From Neobacillus sp. Marseille-Q6967 (GTDB lineage Bacteria; Bacillota; Bacilli; Bacillales; Cytobacillaceae), in NCBI GenBank assembly GCA_946151075.1, contig OX267715.1, positions 883,881 to 907,880 on the forward strand: DNA of 24,000 nt. The letters run 5' to 3'. Below the pieces are notes generated by a model. That model did not search any database. It saw only the letters and a list, made by a program, of their open reading frames with translations, and was not told the DNA's origin. Below are positions 22,938-24,000 of this stretch, one piece after another. The first letter of the stretch is position 1. Every line of letters begins with the position of its first letter. The translations under genes and the position numbers were made by a program.

Positions 22938-24000
22938 ATGAGAAAAAAGCGTGCACGTGAACTTGGATTACCATTCCCAGGGAAAACAGGAGAATGTAAT
23001 GCAATAACAGATGTTCCAGGCGTAGAAGTTGGGTTTACTACAATCATCGAAGGGGAAGGCCCGGTACAAATTGGTAATGGCCCTATTCGAACCGGTGTGA
23101 CGGCCATTTTACCACGAGGAAAAAAAGAAAAAATGCAGCCTATTTGGGCAGGTTTTTATAGCTTAAACGGGAATGGTGAAATGACGGGGGTACACTGGGT
23201 AAATGATGGAGGCTATTTTCTTAGTCCGATTTGTATTACTAATACCCATTCGGTTGGAATTGCCCATCATGCCACAACAAAATGGATGGTAAAACAATAT
23301 CAAGAACAATTCAAAAACGAACATTTATGGGCAATGCCAGTGGTTGCTGAAACCTATGATGGAGTTCTTAATGATATTAACGGACAGCATGTTACAGTAG
23401 AGCATGTTCTTTCAGCGATTGAAAGTGCAAAATCAGGCCCGGTGGCTGAAGGAAATGTTGGCGGCGGGACGGGAATGATTTGCTACGAATTTAAAGGAGG
23501 AACAGGCACATCATCGCGAGTAGTGACCATAAAAGGTGATCATCACCATATTGGTGTGTTAGTTCAAGCAAATTTTGGTTTGCGCGAATGGCTTTCTATT
23601 CTAGGTGTCCCGGTCGGTAAACATATGAGTAAAGATAAATTATTAGAAAAAGAGCAAGGTTCCATCATCGTTATTATTGGAACAGATATCCCTATGCTGC
23701 CCCACCAGCTTCAAAGGGTTGCCAAGCGTGCTGCGATTGGGATTGGGAGAAGCGGAAGTCCTGGAGGAAATAGTTCAGGAGATATTTTTCTAGCGTTTTC
23801 AACAGCAAACGAAATGGATATCCCTCAACTTTCAGGAGAGAAATTGACAATGGATTTTATCAACGATGAAGTGTTTGACCCTATTTATGAAGCGGTTTGC
23901 CAATCTATAGATGAATCCGTTGTAAATGCGATGCTGGCTGCAGAAACATTGACTACTGTTAAACCTTATGGGCAAAAAGTTCCTGCGCTTGATCATGACG
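22938..24000 (+). CDS. DmpA/P1 (peptidase S58) family aminopeptidase, 3' end outside the window
   Basis: It is not in the ORF track because it runs off the window. The ATG follows GAAGGAGTGAGG. The product begins MRKKRARELGLPFPGKTGECNAITDVPGVEVGFTT and contains GNVGGGTGMICYEFKGGTGTSS (autoprocessing/nucleophile region) and IIGTDIPMLPHQLQRVAKRA. Confidence 0.75.
   Translation, partial: MRKKRARELGLPFPGKTGECNAITDVPGVEVGFTTIIEGEGPVQIGNGPIRTGVTAILPRGKKEKMQPIWAGFYSLNGNGEMTGVHWVNDGGYFLSPICITNTHSVGIAHHATTKWMVKQYQEQFKNEHLWAMPVVAETYDGVLNDINGQHVTVEHVLSAIESAKSGPVAEGNVGGGTGMICYEFKGGTGTSSRVVTIKGDHHHIGVLVQANFGLREWLSILGVPVGKHMSKDKLLEKEQGSIIVIIGTDIPMLPHQLQRVAKRAAIGIGRSGSPGGNSSGDIFLAFSTANEMDIPQLSGEKLTMDFINDEVFDPIYEAVCQSIDESVVNAMLAAETLTTVKPYGQKVPALDHD

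Noticed and set aside
20320-23107. ORFs 20320-20574(-), 21469-21666(-), 22190-22423(-), 22371-22598(+), 22468-22653(-), 22514-22711(-) and 22910-23107(-).
   Set aside because: These are shadow or out-of-frame ORFs within the permease, phosphoesterase, amidase and DmpA genes.
1-24000. Mobile elements, prophage or defence-system genes, tRNA or rRNA.
   Set aside because: I found no transposase, integrase, recombinase, restriction, Cas or toxin-like ORFs, and no terminal inverted repeats flanking the BMC cluster. No cloverleaf-like or rRNA-like sequence was recognised by eye.

Overview
Low-GC, Bacillaceae-type chromosomal segment: strong GGAGG Shine-Dalgarno sites, a Spo0A_C-domain regulator, a KinB-like kinase and a PyrR attenuator. 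No rRNA, tRNA, CRISPR, transposase or integrase is visible. The left half (1-10.6 kb) is a mosaic of mostly single-gene units: ROK kinase, a divergent Spo0A-like regulator, an SDR, a DMT exporter, an MFS transporter behind a PyrR-type attenuator, a NifS-like cysteine desulfurase, an LLM oxidoreductase, a HesB/IscA-like gene with an in-frame UGA at the conserved Cys position, and a KinB-like kinase. The right half (10.9-22.9 kb) is one co-directional, tightly packed cluster that I read as a bacterial microcompartment (BMC) metabolosome locus. Its gene order is SDR, DeoR regulator, class-III aminotransferase-like enzyme, APH-family kinase, a small repeat protein with an encapsulation-peptide-like N-terminus, CoA-acylating aldehyde dehydrogenase, BMC-H, PduL, an unknown protein with an encapsulation-peptide-like N-terminus, a second BMC-H, APC permease, metallophosphoesterase, acetamidase/formamidase, then a terminator. 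This enzyme set matches the aminoacetone / 1-amino-2-propanol (RMM/AAUM) microcompartment logic characterised in Actinobacteria, but here it sits in a Firmicute context with extra hydrolases and no BMC-P or BMC-T gene in the window. Inside this operon, between the aldehyde dehydrogenase and the first shell gene, lies a very unusual array of about 24 tandem 20-bp repeats that is open in all three forward frames. A second, unrelated array of hairpin repeats (about 52/103 bp) lies between convergent genes at 2.7-3.2 kb.
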